DNA from: a virus
Lineage: Duplodnaviria > Caudoviricetes
Virus record (IMG/VR): IMGVR_UViG_3300045996_001015
Span: 1-59,821 of that record
DNA length: 59,821 nt
Strand: one strand, 5' to 3'
A program made the position numbers and the translations under genes. This document shows, one piece after another, positions 28,203 to 38,184 of this stretch. Position 1 is the stretch's first letter; each line of letters begins with the position of its first letter. The notes under the pieces are model-generated. The model saw only the letters and a list, made by a program, of their open reading frames with translations, was not told the DNA's origin and made no database searches.

Positions 28203-29675
28203 ATGGCAGTCGGTATCTCGGTCTTAGATGAAATGGCAAGCCAAGGTTTGCTCGACCCGGAACAGATCAACGTGCTACGAGCCAAGAAACAGGATCTCGA
28301 AGCGCAAGATGCGATCCGTAGTGGCATTCCGTGGTGGAAAGCCAAGGGCGGTCAAACGACTTGGTACAGCGGGAATAAACCTGAAACGTCTAACGATCAG
28401 TTTATCAAAGAAACTGGCGGGCCATCCTACGAGCAGACGATGGCCGATGAACGTAATCGCGGACTCGGCCCAAATAAGAACACGCAAGCAAGCCGTGACG
28501 ATTATGCTCAATGGCAGAAGTCACAGGAACCGGGCGCACCGATTGAGCACGTTATCAACAAACTTAGCGGAATGTCGCCCGATCAAGTTTCTCTTTACCA
28601 AACGCAGCAAAGCCAAATCAGAAAGAACAACCTGAGTGGTGCAAAAGTCGCCTCGGACAAGTCCGCTGCCGATTACGCTGCAACCCCCGAAGGGACGATA
28701 AACAACGCCAAAATGATCATGCGTCGTTTGGGAATTCCGGCACAACAGGCAATGGCCATCGCAACCGCGAATGGGAATCCTGGTATCGATCCCGCTGGAA
28801 TGAACGCCGCTGCTGTCATGCCGAACTTCGCGATGGGAAATGCGAACAACAATGCACGACTTGGTATCGCGAACGTCAACGCCGACGTGGCGAAAGCGGG
28901 TCAGGCAAATCAATTGGCGGTGCAAGGGCTCGCCAACGAAGGAAATATCGCTGGAATCAACGCGCAGGGCCAGAACGCGATGGGAGTTCAGGATCAGCGA
29001 AACAAGGCTTCAATCCTGCAAGCGATGATTGCTCAAGGGTTGATTCCGAACGATATGGGCGGCGGGCAAGTCGCTCCACCACCAAATCCAATGGGCGCAA
29101 AAATCCCACCTGCTCTCGGCCCAAAGCAAGGCGCAGGGCCGTGGTGGAATCAAACAGCTCCGCAAGGTGGTGCTCCGGGTTTCACACGATTGCCACCTTC
29201 TCCGCAACAGCAAATCATGCTCGATCAAGCGAAGCAGCAAAGCGAACTTGGCGGACTGCAAATTCAGAATGAGCGGAATAAACAAAATCCGTCGTTCGGA
29301 ATCGACCAGCAGGCTGCGCAGCGAGTCGCACAACTGAAAGCACAAGAGAACGACCCTGCCTTTGTGTTCTCCGAAGCGAATGCGGAGCCAATTCGCGCGG
29401 CTTTAGTTCGATGGAACAATACCGGCGAACCATTGCCTGTCTCGATCGAGAGCGGGCTACGATCACTCTACAATCGCGATATTTACGATAGCGATAACAA
29501 GCATTTGGGCAACTTGTTTGGTCTTGTCGGTGCTGGCGGATACACCGAAGGGAATGATGCGCAGATTTTTGCAGACTATCTTGAAACACATTACGGCGTT
29601 CCGCAGCAAGTCGGCATCAAGCTCTATAACGAGAAGATTAAACAGAAGCCAACCGTTAGCACTGGAACAACCTAA
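28203..29675 (+). CDS. Putative internal virion/ejection protein
   Basis: Q/A/G/N-rich low-complexity composition typical of podoviral pilot proteins. Confidence 0.55.
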   Translation: MAVGISVLDEMASQGLLDPEQINVLRAKKQDLEAQDAIRSGIPWWKAKGGQTTWYSGNKPETSNDQFIKETGGPSYEQTMADERNRGLGPNKNTQASRDDYAQWQKSQEPGAPIEHVINKLSGMSPDQVSLYQTQQSQIRKNNLSGAKVASDKSAADYAATPEGTINNAKMIMRRLGIPAQQAMAIATANGNPGIDPAGMNAAAVMPNFAMGNANNNARLGIANVNADVAKAGQANQLAVQGLANEGNIAGINAQGQNAMGVQDQRNKASILQAMIAQGLIPNDMGGGQVAPPPNPMGAKIPPALGPKQGAGPWWNQTAPQGGAPGFTRLPPSPQQQIMLDQAKQQSELGGLQIQNERNKQNPSFGIDQQAAQRVAQLKAQENDPAFVFSEANAEPIRAALVRWNNTGEPLPVSIESGLRSLYNRDIYDSDNKHLGNLFGLVGAGGYTEGNDAQIFADYLETHYGVPQQVGIKLYNEKIKQKPTVSTGTT

Positions 29676-32600
29676 TGGCTTACGAGTACGGCGTACCAGG
29701 TATTTTTAAGTCGAACCGTCCCGATGCGCCGCAAGAGGATGAAGTCTATTCGTGGCTCAAAGGCGCGGGGCTCGGTGCGATCGGTTATCTCGGTAACATT
29801 ATCGACACTCCCGGCTCATTCGTGCGCGGACTTGCTGCCGGTGAGCCAGGTCGCGCGTTTACCGGCTTACTGAATTTCGGCGATCGTGTCAGCGGGAAGG
29901 AATTAGCCGGACTCGACGACAATCCCGATTCTTACCTTGATGACGCTGGCGGAATCGCAACCGAAATTCTGCTCGATCCACTGACGTACCTTACTCTCGG
30001 CGCGTCGGCACTTGTCGGCAAATCGGGTCCGATTGCCAAGGCTGCTGGGTTAATGCCAAAAGCCGTGCGCAGTGGAACCGAACTTGTCAAAGGTGCGGCT
30101 GAACTCGGCACGAAAACGACTCTGCGTGAACTCGAAAAGCAAGCCCCTGAGAATCTCGCAAAGATACTTACTGCCGCCGAAGGACAAGCAAAGCCAGGAT
30201 TGCTCAAACGTGCTGTAACGAAAGTCACCGGCCACGAATTCCAACCGAACGATCTTGTTCAGAGAATTAACGACGGACTTGCCGCTGCTCCCGGCGCGGG
30301 TGGCATCGTTGATGAACCATTACGAGCTGGCGTGGCGAGATTGCAAATCCCAGGTACAGAGATCGGAATGAATCTCGGCGATTCGCTTGCCCCAAAGCTC
30401 GATCAGTTCGGCGATACATTCCGCTACGGCAATTGGCTCGGTGCGTTGCCGGAGTCGGTCAATCCACTCGTACAAGCGGCGACAGGGCCAACAGGTTACA
30501 CGCCTGACCCCACACGGCTCTACGATTTCAATCCGATTCGCACGGCAGCTCCGTATTTTCAGAAATCATCGTGGGGATCAAAGACAGCATTAGGTCAGCT
30601 TGTCGGTCAAGAAGCAACGCAGAATGTCGATGCACTCGAAACGTCGATGCGCGGAGACGTTTTTCCGGTTTACGAGCAATGGAAGCAAGTGCCAGGGAAT
30701 GACACACCGCAAATGATTCAGTCCGTTCAAGAATCGCTAGAACAGGGCGCAGTCGGTGCCGCGCCACAGTCGTTTATCGATCCCTATCGTCAACTCATGC
30801 AGGACTTGCCGGTTAAGCTTGAAACAGATCGCGGCATTCCGCTGAACGAACTCACCGATCTCGGATACATGCAGCGACAGCAATTACCGCTTCCAGGTGT
30901 TGAGGTGAATCCGCGTAACTCAGCCGGTCGATCCCGCGTGAATGACCCGTCTCACGATAGCATGATCGGGCGCGAAGAGTTCTTACGCAATCAGCCAACG
31001 AGCATTCTTTCTCGAATGTCCATCGATCCGGAAATTGTGCAAAGCACACTTAAGCCGGACGAAGTTCGTGATTTAATGCTAGGCAAATACGGCTACAGCG
31101 GGTTTGATCAATCACTTTACGATTCGCTGAAACAGGAAGTTAGTGACCTTGAAGGACAAATTGCAAAGTCCGGCTCGCTTCCGCACGATCAAGTCGATTC
31201 TCTAATCGAAGCACTAACAAAGAAGCAGGGTGAGTTCGGTGCGCAGGCAAAGGAATTGGCTAATGCTGGAAAATTGCAAGACTACATGCAGAACAGCGTG
31301 GGTGATAGGTATATCATACATGGCGGCGGGTTTGGCCTATTCGATTCTAATCCAATCGAACTACTTGACTCGCGGCTATCACGGACGGCCAATGCGGTTG
31401 GCGAAGCCGATGCACTGTTCGACGCAATTCCGCAACAGATGTTCCACGGCCCAGCCGGTGCGGACGAACGACTCATTCCGATGGAAAAGGCTCTCGATCA
31501 ACTCGGATTCGCCGTTGACGGGAAAGTGACCGATGGCGCGATCAATCAGATTGCAAAGCGGATCGGTAAAGCATTCGACCCGAAAGGCTTCTCAATTCCT
31601 GCCGATGTCGTCGAAGAATTGGCCCGTGTTCGTCAAGCATTCAAAGCACCGCAGGAAGTGAACGACTTCTGGAAAGCGATCGATAAAATTACAGCCGGAT
31701 TCAAAACATTCGCCCTCATGCGCCCAGCGTTCCACACGCGAAACCTTGTCAGCGGCCAAGTACAAAATGCGATGAACGGATTATTCAGTCCGTTCGGCAC
31801 TCAAGCCGCAAGCCGATTGATGAAAGGCGAAGAAGTTCCGGGACTGGCGAAGTTCCTCGGTCTCAAAATGACCGATTCCGAAGCATCCCGCGAAATCTCG
31901 AAGCTCGCATTTGTTCACGATGTCATTCCGGGTGGTGCAAGCCAGCTTGCTGACATGCCAGGAACAGTCGGCAAAACGATTCTCGAATCAATTCCAGGCG
32001 AAATTCCGGTTGGTGTCTCTTTAACCACAAACACAGCAAAGGAGATGGCGAGATCGGCGATAGAAACGGCCAAGCACCCAATCGATTCGCTCAAGCAGCT
32101 CGGAACATGGTTCAAAGACAAATACAAAGCGGGCGAACTCAATCCATTGAAATCGCGCGGCGTGATCGGTGATGAAAGCCAATTCGTCGGCAGTGTGGCC
32201 CAAGAGCAAGCCAGCCGTGCGATCGAAGGTTACAACCGGCTCGGCGCATTCATCGAAGGAATTCGCAAAGGCATTGATCCCGCCGAAGCTGCAAAGCGAG
32301 TCAAAAATATTCAGTACGACTATCGCAATTTGACTGATTGGGAAAAAAGTGTCCCTCGCCGAGGGATGCCGTTCTATTCGTTCCAGAAAAATGCTTTACC
32401 ACAAGTCGTGTCTGAGTTGGCCCACAATCCAGGTGGCCCCTACGGCCAACTGTTACGCGGAATCAACGAATTGCAGGGCGAAGGTCAAATCCTGCCCGAT
32501 CACTTAAAGAATACATTGGCGATTCCCTACGGCACGAACGACGAAGGCGATCCGAGATACATTACGGGGCTCGGCCTCATGCCAGAATCGAGCTACGGGC

Positions 32601-33124
32601 TGTTGGGTGGCTTGCTAGGCGGCGACGGGCTTGGCAGTCAACTTACCGGGATGCTGAATCCCATGATCAAAGGCCCGCTAGAAGCAATGACCGGACGCTC
32701 CTTCTTTCAGGATCGAGAACTGATTGACCAAGATCCTGTGATGGGGCGAATCTTCTCAAACATCTTTGGAGGCGAACCGCCTAACACACGCACGGCTGAT
32801 CAATTGTTAATGAACGCAATCCCAACCCCACTGACAATCGCGAAACAACTTACCGACACTCGCAAGGGCGTTGGCGCGAAAGCCACGAACTTGCTGACAG
32901 GCATAAAAACCACGGACGTTCCTGACAAGGTTCAAGAGGCTCTTGGCCGTCAACAGCTTCAAGAGTTGTTGCGCACAATGGGAGGCCATAAATACGAGCA
33001 GTTCGTCATGCCGAAAGATGAACTTGCGAAACTACCACCTGATCAGCAGGAGAAAGCTAGAGTGATTCAGGCTCTTCTAAAAGAGTTGTCGGAGCGGGCG
33101 AAGAAACGGGCAAAGGCGGGATAA
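29675..33124 (+). CDS. Large internal virion/DNA translocation protein
   Basis: 1149 aa. The ILLDPLTYL, RPAFHTRNLVS and YDYRNLTDWEK...MPFYSF motifs are typical of large podoviral ejection proteins. Confidence 0.7.
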   Translation: MAYEYGVPGIFKSNRPDAPQEDEVYSWLKGAGLGAIGYLGNIIDTPGSFVRGLAAGEPGRAFTGLLNFGDRVSGKELAGLDDNPDSYLDDAGGIATEILLDPLTYLTLGASALVGKSGPIAKAAGLMPKAVRSGTELVKGAAELGTKTTLRELEKQAPENLAKILTAAEGQAKPGLLKRAVTKVTGHEFQPNDLVQRINDGLAAAPGAGGIVDEPLRAGVARLQIPGTEIGMNLGDSLAPKLDQFGDTFRYGNWLGALPESVNPLVQAATGPTGYTPDPTRLYDFNPIRTAAPYFQKSSWGSKTALGQLVGQEATQNVDALETSMRGDVFPVYEQWKQVPGNDTPQMIQSVQESLEQGAVGAAPQSFIDPYRQLMQDLPVKLETDRGIPLNELTDLGYMQRQQLPLPGVEVNPRNSAGRSRVNDPSHDSMIGREEFLRNQPTSILSRMSIDPEIVQSTLKPDEVRDLMLGKYGYSGFDQSLYDSLKQEVSDLEGQIAKSGSLPHDQVDSLIEALTKKQGEFGAQAKELANAGKLQDYMQNSVGDRYIIHGGGFGLFDSNPIELLDSRLSRTANAVGEADALFDAIPQQMFHGPAGADERLIPMEKALDQLGFAVDGKVTDGAINQIAKRIGKAFDPKGFSIPADVVEELARVRQAFKAPQEVNDFWKAIDKITAGFKTFALMRPAFHTRNLVSGQVQNAMNGLFSPFGTQAASRLMKGEEVPGLAKFLGLKMTDSEASREISKLAFVHDVIPGGASQLADMPGTVGKTILESIPGEIPVGVSLTTNTAKEMARSAIETAKHPIDSLKQLGTWFKDKYKAGELNPLKSRGVIGDESQFVGSVAQEQASRAIEGYNRLGAFIEGIRKGIDPAEAAKRVKNIQYDYRNLTDWEKSVPRRGMPFYSFQKNALPQVVSELAHNPGGPYGQLLRGINELQGEGQILPDHLKNTLAIPYGTNDEGDPRYITGLGLMPESSYGLLGGLLGGDGLGSQLTGMLNPMIKGPLEAMTGRSFFQDRELIDQDPVMGRIFSNIFGGEPPNTRTADQLLMNAIPTPLTIAKQLTDTRKGVGAKATNLLTGIKTTDVPDKVQEALGRQQLQELLRTMGGHKYEQFVMPKDELAKLPPDQQEKARVIQALLKELSERAKKRAKAG

Positions 33125-33273
33125 GTCTGCTCATCTTCTCGATCGCTTCTTCGTATGTTGCTGGAATGTAGTTTGGGTGTGTTGGATCATACAACATACG
33201 ACGGCATTCAAGTTCAATTGACTCATGAAGCCATTTCGTTACATCACTCTCGTTTAGATCAATCATTTATCAC

Positions 33274-33720
33274 CTAAGTACAATAACAGTATCGAACCGT
33301 AAATGTTTCGCGACGAGCAGTGGGGTCAACTCCGTGTTTGTGGCGAAGATCCATTTCGGTATAACCCATTTTTCGGCCTCTCTTGATTTCAACGCCGTAA
33401 ACAGTGCTATCGTTAATCATTCGGTATCTGTGGCACTCGTCGCAGAAGCGACTATGTAAATCTTCACGTAAGTAAATCTCGCCAGGGTAATCCAAGTAAA
33501 TGCGTGAGTAATCGTTAATTGCCTGCACGATTATATCGAAAACAGATCGCTCTCTTTCCTTGGGCGGTTCTGTCTTTACTGGCTCAGCATCTGGCTCAAC
33601 GGTGGCGCAGGTTACGGCATTGCATTGTGTTTTAATAAACGGCCACATGTTACTGCTTCGCTTTCTTGTAATTTTTGACGTGTGACTTAATCGCGACTTC
33701 GTCATTCTCAATGATTGCAT
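33274..33720 (-). CDS. Hypothetical protein
   Basis: ORF in a minus-strand array. Likely start is MWPF. Confidence 0.45.
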   Translation of the reverse strand: MQSLRMTKSRLSHTSKITRKRSSNMWPFIKTQCNAVTCATVEPDAEPVKTEPPKERERSVFDIIVQAINDYSRIYLDYPGEIYLREDLHSRFCDECHRYRMINDSTVYGVEIKRGRKMGYTEMDLRHKHGVDPTARRETFTVRYCYCT

Positions 33721-33919
33721 CGATCAGATCGCAATACAGAAAATGGAAACTCGGCTCTTTCGGTTTACGGCCACGCTTTTTCTTGTGCGACAGGAATTTG
33801 AAAACCTTGTCGAAATCGCTACGTCGCTGGAAGTGCAGAAACAATGGCTTCATCGTGTAAGCGAATGAATCGCGCGTATGCCGATCGATCGTTGATGTAA
33901 TAATTCTTTCAATGCTCAT
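33650..33919 (-). CDS. Hypothetical protein
   Basis: SD GGAG upstream. Confidence 0.45.
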   Translation of the reverse strand: MSIERIITSTIDRHTRDSFAYTMKPLFLHFQRRSDFDKVFKFLSHKKKRGRKPKEPSFHFLYCDLIDAIIENDEVAIKSHVKNYKKAKQ

Positions 33920-34258
33920 CTACCAACTCCCAGAGTGAACATGCTTGATTAACGAGACGAGCAACCAGAGGTTTAACGAAAAAACAGTTGCCAGAAAAAC
34001 CAGACACGCGATCAGCAGCAGAAATCCGCGAACGTACTTTTTCATGTCAACACAATCCCGTCATGTCGAAGGCCAGGATCAACGACAATAGCAGAATCAA
34101 ACAGTTTGATGCCGTGAACACTGTTGATCGGATCAGGAATGAGTGTACCGCCAAGGGCTTCGTGAAGTTGGCTGGCAATCGAGTATCCGATGCGGAATGC
34201 CTTAGGATATTCGCTGCGCATTTGATAAAAGTTGTTCGACATATTCTTTAGTCGCTGG

Positions 34259-34450
34259 TCAATCCTCATCGTCGTCCTCTCTTAAATCTTTCAAGCTTGG
34301 CTCCACAACGACATTCAAAAACACGCCGGTTTGCAAAAGCTCTTTCATGAACCATTGAGTGCGAATTCGATTGGTTTCGATAATCTCGGTCACGGTCATT
34401 GCTGGGCCGCTTGATTTCAGTCTCACGGTGTCGCCGGGCGCGTAGGTCAT
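34259..34450 (-). CDS. YodC/DUF2158-like protein
   Basis: PGDTVRLKSSGPAMTV...QWF. Confidence 0.75.
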   Translation of the reverse strand: MTYAPGDTVRLKSSGPAMTVTEIIETNRIRTQWFMKELLQTGVFLNVVVEPSLKDLREDDDED

Positions 34451-35169
34451 TTTGTTTCGCCCTTTGTGATGCTTCGCAAAACAGACGGCGGATACCCCAG
34501 GCGACGCCGATAATAAAGACCGAAGGCTGCCTGTTTACAACCAAGATCCTTGCAAATTTCAAAAACTCTTTTCGATTGAAGAAGTTTTTTGAGTTTAGGT
34601 ATGCTTGGGTATTTTGTCTTTGTTCTCGAATCAACAAATAAAGGTTTTTCGGTGTTTTTCAACGGCTTTATGCCGTGCCGTTTCATTTCGCTCGATAATT
34701 TGTCCGTGCATACATTAAGTATGCGTGCGGTGTTCTTTAGTGTATTGCGAGCGATCAAGCTTTCGATCGCGTCCTTGTCTAAATTTTTTCGCGTCTCTTT
34801 GAATTTGAAGTTCGACGGATGCGTGTTTAGGTAGTTCCCGTCAATGCATGTCAATTGCTCAGACTTCGTGAGGAACCTACCCAGCTTCTTTTCAAAACGC
34901 AATTTATAGATAGCCACACGACCAAACTTGTCGGCGTGAGGGTGATCCGGTGAATATTTCCTTAGCTCTCCACGAGCCCCAACGACAATCTCTTTCCAAC
35001 GATAGCACTCCTGCCCCTTGAAAGGGCCTTTTTTTCTCAGTGGAATGCCGAATTCCCGTAGCCGTGCAGCAATTGTTGTATCAACAACGCCGAACATTTT
35101 TGCTATCGTGGTTGTACTAAGTTTTCTTTTTTCGTACAGACGCCGAAGCGTTTTTGGTGTGATTTTCAT
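34447..35169 (-). CDS. HTH-containing, degenerate HNH-like DNA-binding protein
   Basis: HTH LSTTTIAKMFGV. PDHPHAD...KKLGRFL...IDGNYLNTHPSNF is HNH_3-like but lacks the catalytic His. Confidence 0.6.
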   Translation of the reverse strand: MKITPKTLRRLYEKRKLSTTTIAKMFGVVDTTIAARLREFGIPLRKKGPFKGQECYRWKEIVVGARGELRKYSPDHPHADKFGRVAIYKLRFEKKLGRFLTKSEQLTCIDGNYLNTHPSNFKFKETRKNLDKDAIESLIARNTLKNTARILNVCTDKLSSEMKRHGIKPLKNTEKPLFVDSRTKTKYPSIPKLKKLLQSKRVFEICKDLGCKQAAFGLYYRRRLGYPPSVLRSITKGETK

Positions 35170-35558
35170 TTCGCCTTCCTCAGCAGTCCGCTACTTCTCA
35201 GAACTTCCCAAATCTCGGTATGTGAATTCACGTCGATTCCAGGACAGGTCAAAATATTCGCAGGCCACGCATCGGCGATATGGCCCAAGGTTTCAAAACC
35301 GCCCTCATCGAGCGCGGCTACAACATTCGCATTAAGTCGCGTGTACTGCACGGGAATTAAACGCGGATTTTTCAGGTGCGCATTCATGATCCGCTTGTAA
35401 TCGCAGCCGACTTCACTCAACGCCTTCCCAGCCGACTCAAAATTACAGTTCCGCAAATTGCATTCAACGCGATAGATAGCCACACGAACGATCTCGTCAC
35501 GTATTCCCGAAAAGAACTTTTCTCTCCGCGTCTGAAAGTAATCTGACATTCGGATCAT
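35166..35558 (-). CDS. RNA polymerase alpha-CTD-like (HhH) domain protein
   Basis: LNANVVAALDEGGFETLGHI...ILTCPGIDVNSHTEI parallels alpha-CTD LSVRSANCL...LLKTPNLGKKSLTEI. Confidence 0.55.
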   Translation of the reverse strand: MIRMSDYFQTRREKFFSGIRDEIVRVAIYRVECNLRNCNFESAGKALSEVGCDYKRIMNAHLKNPRLIPVQYTRLNANVVAALDEGGFETLGHIADAWPANILTCPGIDVNSHTEIWEVLRSSGLLRKAK

Positions 35559-35567
35559 GGGTCGAGG

Positions 35568-35843
35568 TTAGTATCCTAGCCGTTTCAATTCGTCGCGAAT
35601 CCGGTTCTTCGTGCATTCCCAGACTTCGCGTGTTGATTCAATTTTCTCATCGTAGGCCGATTTCCAGCCTTGATAGAAATTGTTTCTCAGAACGGGCTGG
35701 CTATCGTAAACCGTTGGTGTCTTGTTCGGTGTCGCGGCGGTGTAAGGTAACTGTGAACGCTTGAACGTCCCGTAAAGCCGAACAAACTGGTCATAGCCCT
35801 CTTGCTGGGCCTGCTGAATCTCAAGTGTTGTTGGCCGCGACAT
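35568..35843 (-). CDS. Hypothetical protein
   Basis: SD GGAGG. Rmf-like EGY...FYQGW pattern. Confidence 0.5.
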   Translation of the reverse strand: MSRPTTLEIQQAQQEGYDQFVRLYGTFKRSQLPYTAATPNKTPTVYDSQPVLRNNFYQGWKSAYDEKIESTREVWECTKNRIRDELKRLGY

Positions 35844-35856
35844 CCTTGCCTCCGTG

Positions 35857-36303
35857 CTATTGCTTCTCGATCTTCTTCTGTTCGACGTTCATGGTGTCGA
35901 TGTGAACATTCGTAGGCTTATTGGCCGCCGTGTAATTGATGCACTGAACCGCCGCAAGTTTATCCGCCATCTTGTCAACGCTCTCAGCAAATCGATCTTG
36001 CGAATCAGTGAACTTATTCACCGCTTCACGCAAGTCTTTTTCTCGCGCTTCTCCCGATACAAGCGTTCGTTCAATTGCTTGAATCAAATACGCTCTCTCG
36101 GCTGCCCGAACGCTATCGAGGGCAGCAGCAGACACGTCAGCACGTTTATCAGCACGTCCTAGCAGCATCTTGAACGCGGTGGCGAACATCGTGGCGATTG
36201 TGGCACCGGCGACGATGATATAACCCCATGCTCCGTCTGGACTGGTAGGAGTCGCGTCTGCGATCAGTGGTTCGACAAATGGTAAGTGCATATCTTTGTT
36301 CAT
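35857..36303 (-). CDS. Single-TM membrane protein with coiled coil (holin-like candidate)
   Basis: Hydrophobic WGYIIVAGATIATMFATAFKMLL followed by a charged coil. Confidence 0.5.
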   Translation of the reverse strand: MNKDMHLPFVEPLIADATPTSPDGAWGYIIVAGATIATMFATAFKMLLGRADKRADVSAAALDSVRAAERAYLIQAIERTLVSGEAREKDLREAVNKFTDSQDRFAESVDKMADKLAAVQCINYTAANKPTNVHIDTMNVEQKKIEKQ

Positions 36304-36526
36304 CCTTGAATCTCATTCTATTTTGACTCTGCAAAGGCGTTAAATCAGTATTGCGTCAATGGGTTGAATCGCTACACTTCGCCGGTCACTCTGGCCGTAC
36401 ATCGGCTAGTTTGACGGCCTGGGCGTGGTTCGCGCCGCGCTCAGGCACTCTTTCGTACTTGTTCTACGATTTGCACAGTCTAAATCCGACCAAATCGTCG
36501 CTGTGAGTTCGTCATGAACTCCGAAA

Positions 36527-36604
36527 AACACTGGATTGGATTTGAACCAACGACCCTCCGCTGCGGTACCGAGCGGTGCTCTCGCCAGGCTGAGCTACCA
36601 GTGC
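36527..36604 (-). tRNA. tRNA-like gene with an aberrant 9-nt anticodon loop (isotype undetermined)
   Basis: GCACTGG-TA-GCTC-AGCCTGGCGA-GAGC-A-CCGCT-CGGTACCGC-AGCGG-AGGGTC-GTTGG-TTCAAAT-CCAAT-CCAGTGT. All four stems pair. Confidence 0.8.
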
Positions 36605-36775
36605 AAAAACCAGAATCCTATCGATTGCTCGAACGCCAACATGAGTTGACTATTCGGATTCTGTCGTGTCAGTCACGGCCTTGGCCAATTGGGAGTTTCG
36701 CAACTCAGTTTCAGGTCGTGACAATTTCAATCCCCGCCGTCAGCATTCTGGTCATCGGGCGGGAGTGAGTGGACG

Positions 36776-37150
36776 TTAGGGAACGTTGTGATAAGTTCCA
36801 GGTGTCTTGTGCTCGCAATGCTTCACGTCCTTTTTCTTAAAGTCGATCAACATTGTGTTATCTGGGCATGGCTTGAACACGATCAAATCGCAATGCTCAT
36901 CGGCACCTTCTTTAACCACTTTCGCCATATAGTGTTCGCCCTTGTTTTCTTCCAAATCGCACACGTAACAAACATTTTGACCTAACATGATTTCACCTTT
37001 TGGGATGTTGATTTCTTTCATCAGAACTCGGCGAATTGCTTCGTTCATAGAAAGACCTTGTGTATCCGAATATTTTTTAATCGCATCGTACTCATCGCGA
37101 ATCACACGCAAAGCGATTTGCTTGATCCACGTTTTCGCCATTACCGGCAC
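36776..37150 (-). CDS. Ribbon-helix-helix-like N-terminus plus an unknown domain
   Basis: KQIALRVIRDEYDAIKKYS...SMNEAIRRVL. Confidence 0.5.
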   Translation of the reverse strand: MPVMAKTWIKQIALRVIRDEYDAIKKYSDTQGLSMNEAIRRVLMKEINIPKGEIMLGQNVCYVCDLEENKGEHYMAKVVKEGADEHCDLIVFKPCPDNTMLIDFKKKDVKHCEHKTPGTYHNVP

Positions 37151-37386
37151 CCTCTCTTACCCAACCTTGCACATCGCGCGACGAACTTCACCGCTTTGCC
37201 AGCACCACGTACAGCGGCTTTACCAACGCCGAATCCTTTTGCGGTAACCGACTTCAATGGCCTTTTATCACTCGCAGCGTACGCACCAGCAGCACGTTGT
37301 GGCCCGCATGGACAGGCCGCTTGACTGACCGACACTGAACCGATCAGCAGGGCGATGGCGATGATGAACTTGATGAACAGTGGCAT
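37141..37386 (-). CDS. Small basic secreted protein
   Basis: Signal peptide MPLFIKFIIAIALLIGSVSVSQA and a K/R/G-rich amphipathic tail. Confidence 0.55.
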   Translation of the reverse strand: MPLFIKFIIAIALLIGSVSVSQAACPCGPQRAAGAYAASDKRPLKSVTAKGFGVGKAAVRGAGKAVKFVARCARLGKRGCR

Positions 37387-37405
37387 AGGGTTCTCCGTTA
37401 AGGGG

Positions 37406-37681
37406 TTAAGTGGCTGCTTGTGATTCGAGTATTTCATTTGCAACAAGCGTTGCATATCCGGCAATGTCGTGCCATGAGTCGTGGTAGTTCGGGTCGCCGT
37501 TAAGAATCCGGCCTATCTTATGTGCAATCATTTCAAGTGCTTCAGTTTGAGATGGGTTTAACTCGCCCCAGCCATTTGTCTCACGCATCACCACCTTAAT
37601 GACTTGTGTGATTGACGCATGACTCTTAAATTCACCGTAGCGACTGCCTCGCTCTTTCAGTGTTGCGTCGATGTTGCTCAT
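37406..37681 (-). CDS. DUF6378-like phage protein
   Basis: LKERGSRYG ... KIGRILNGDP ... DSWHDIAGYA. Confidence 0.8.
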   Translation of the reverse strand: MSNIDATLKERGSRYGEFKSHASITQVIKVVMRETNGWGELNPSQTEALEMIAHKIGRILNGDPNYHDSWHDIAGYATLVANEILESQAAT

Positions 37682-37683
37682 AC

Positions 37684-38184
37684 TTAACATCCCATTCCTT
37701 CGGCAAGTTCGATAATTGTTTTCGGCCCGCTTCTCTGACGAATCGCCTGCGGTGTCATGCCCAACGATGCGGCCACTTCCAAGTCACCAAGTCCAGGTAC
37801 ATTCGCCGTGACCATCATCACTTCGCTTGGATCAACACCGAGCACTTCGCACACTGTGAGGTACGCTCGCGGATCGGGCTTGAACACGCGGTTTGCTTCG
37901 AGTGGAATAATTGCATCCCATTCAATACCATTGAGATCAGCAATCGCGCGTAGCAAGCGAAGCGGCCCATTAGCACACGTCACAACGATGAAATATTCTT
38001 TCAGTCGTGCAATTCCTTCCGCTGAATCTGGAAATGCTGGCAACGTCTTCCATGATTCCGGCAGTACGAGCGGCGACCAGTCAGGCTTGCGGATATGCTC
38101 GCCATACGCCCGTAGTTCTTCTCGCGGCACGTTGCTCATGTCAACGACCGTTCCGAACACGTCGAAGGCGATAACCTTGATCAT
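37684..38184 (-). CDS. HAD-superfamily hydrolase (haloacid dehalogenase-like)
   Basis: FDVFGTVVD motif I and FKPDPRAY. Confidence 0.85.
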   Translation of the reverse strand: MIKVIAFDVFGTVVDMSNVPREELRAYGEHIRKPDWSPLVLPESWKTLPAFPDSAEGIARLKEYFIVVTCANGPLRLLRAIADLNGIEWDAIIPLEANRVFKPDPRAYLTVCEVLGVDPSEVMMVTANVPGLGDLEVAASLGMTPQAIRQRSGPKTIIELAEGMGC

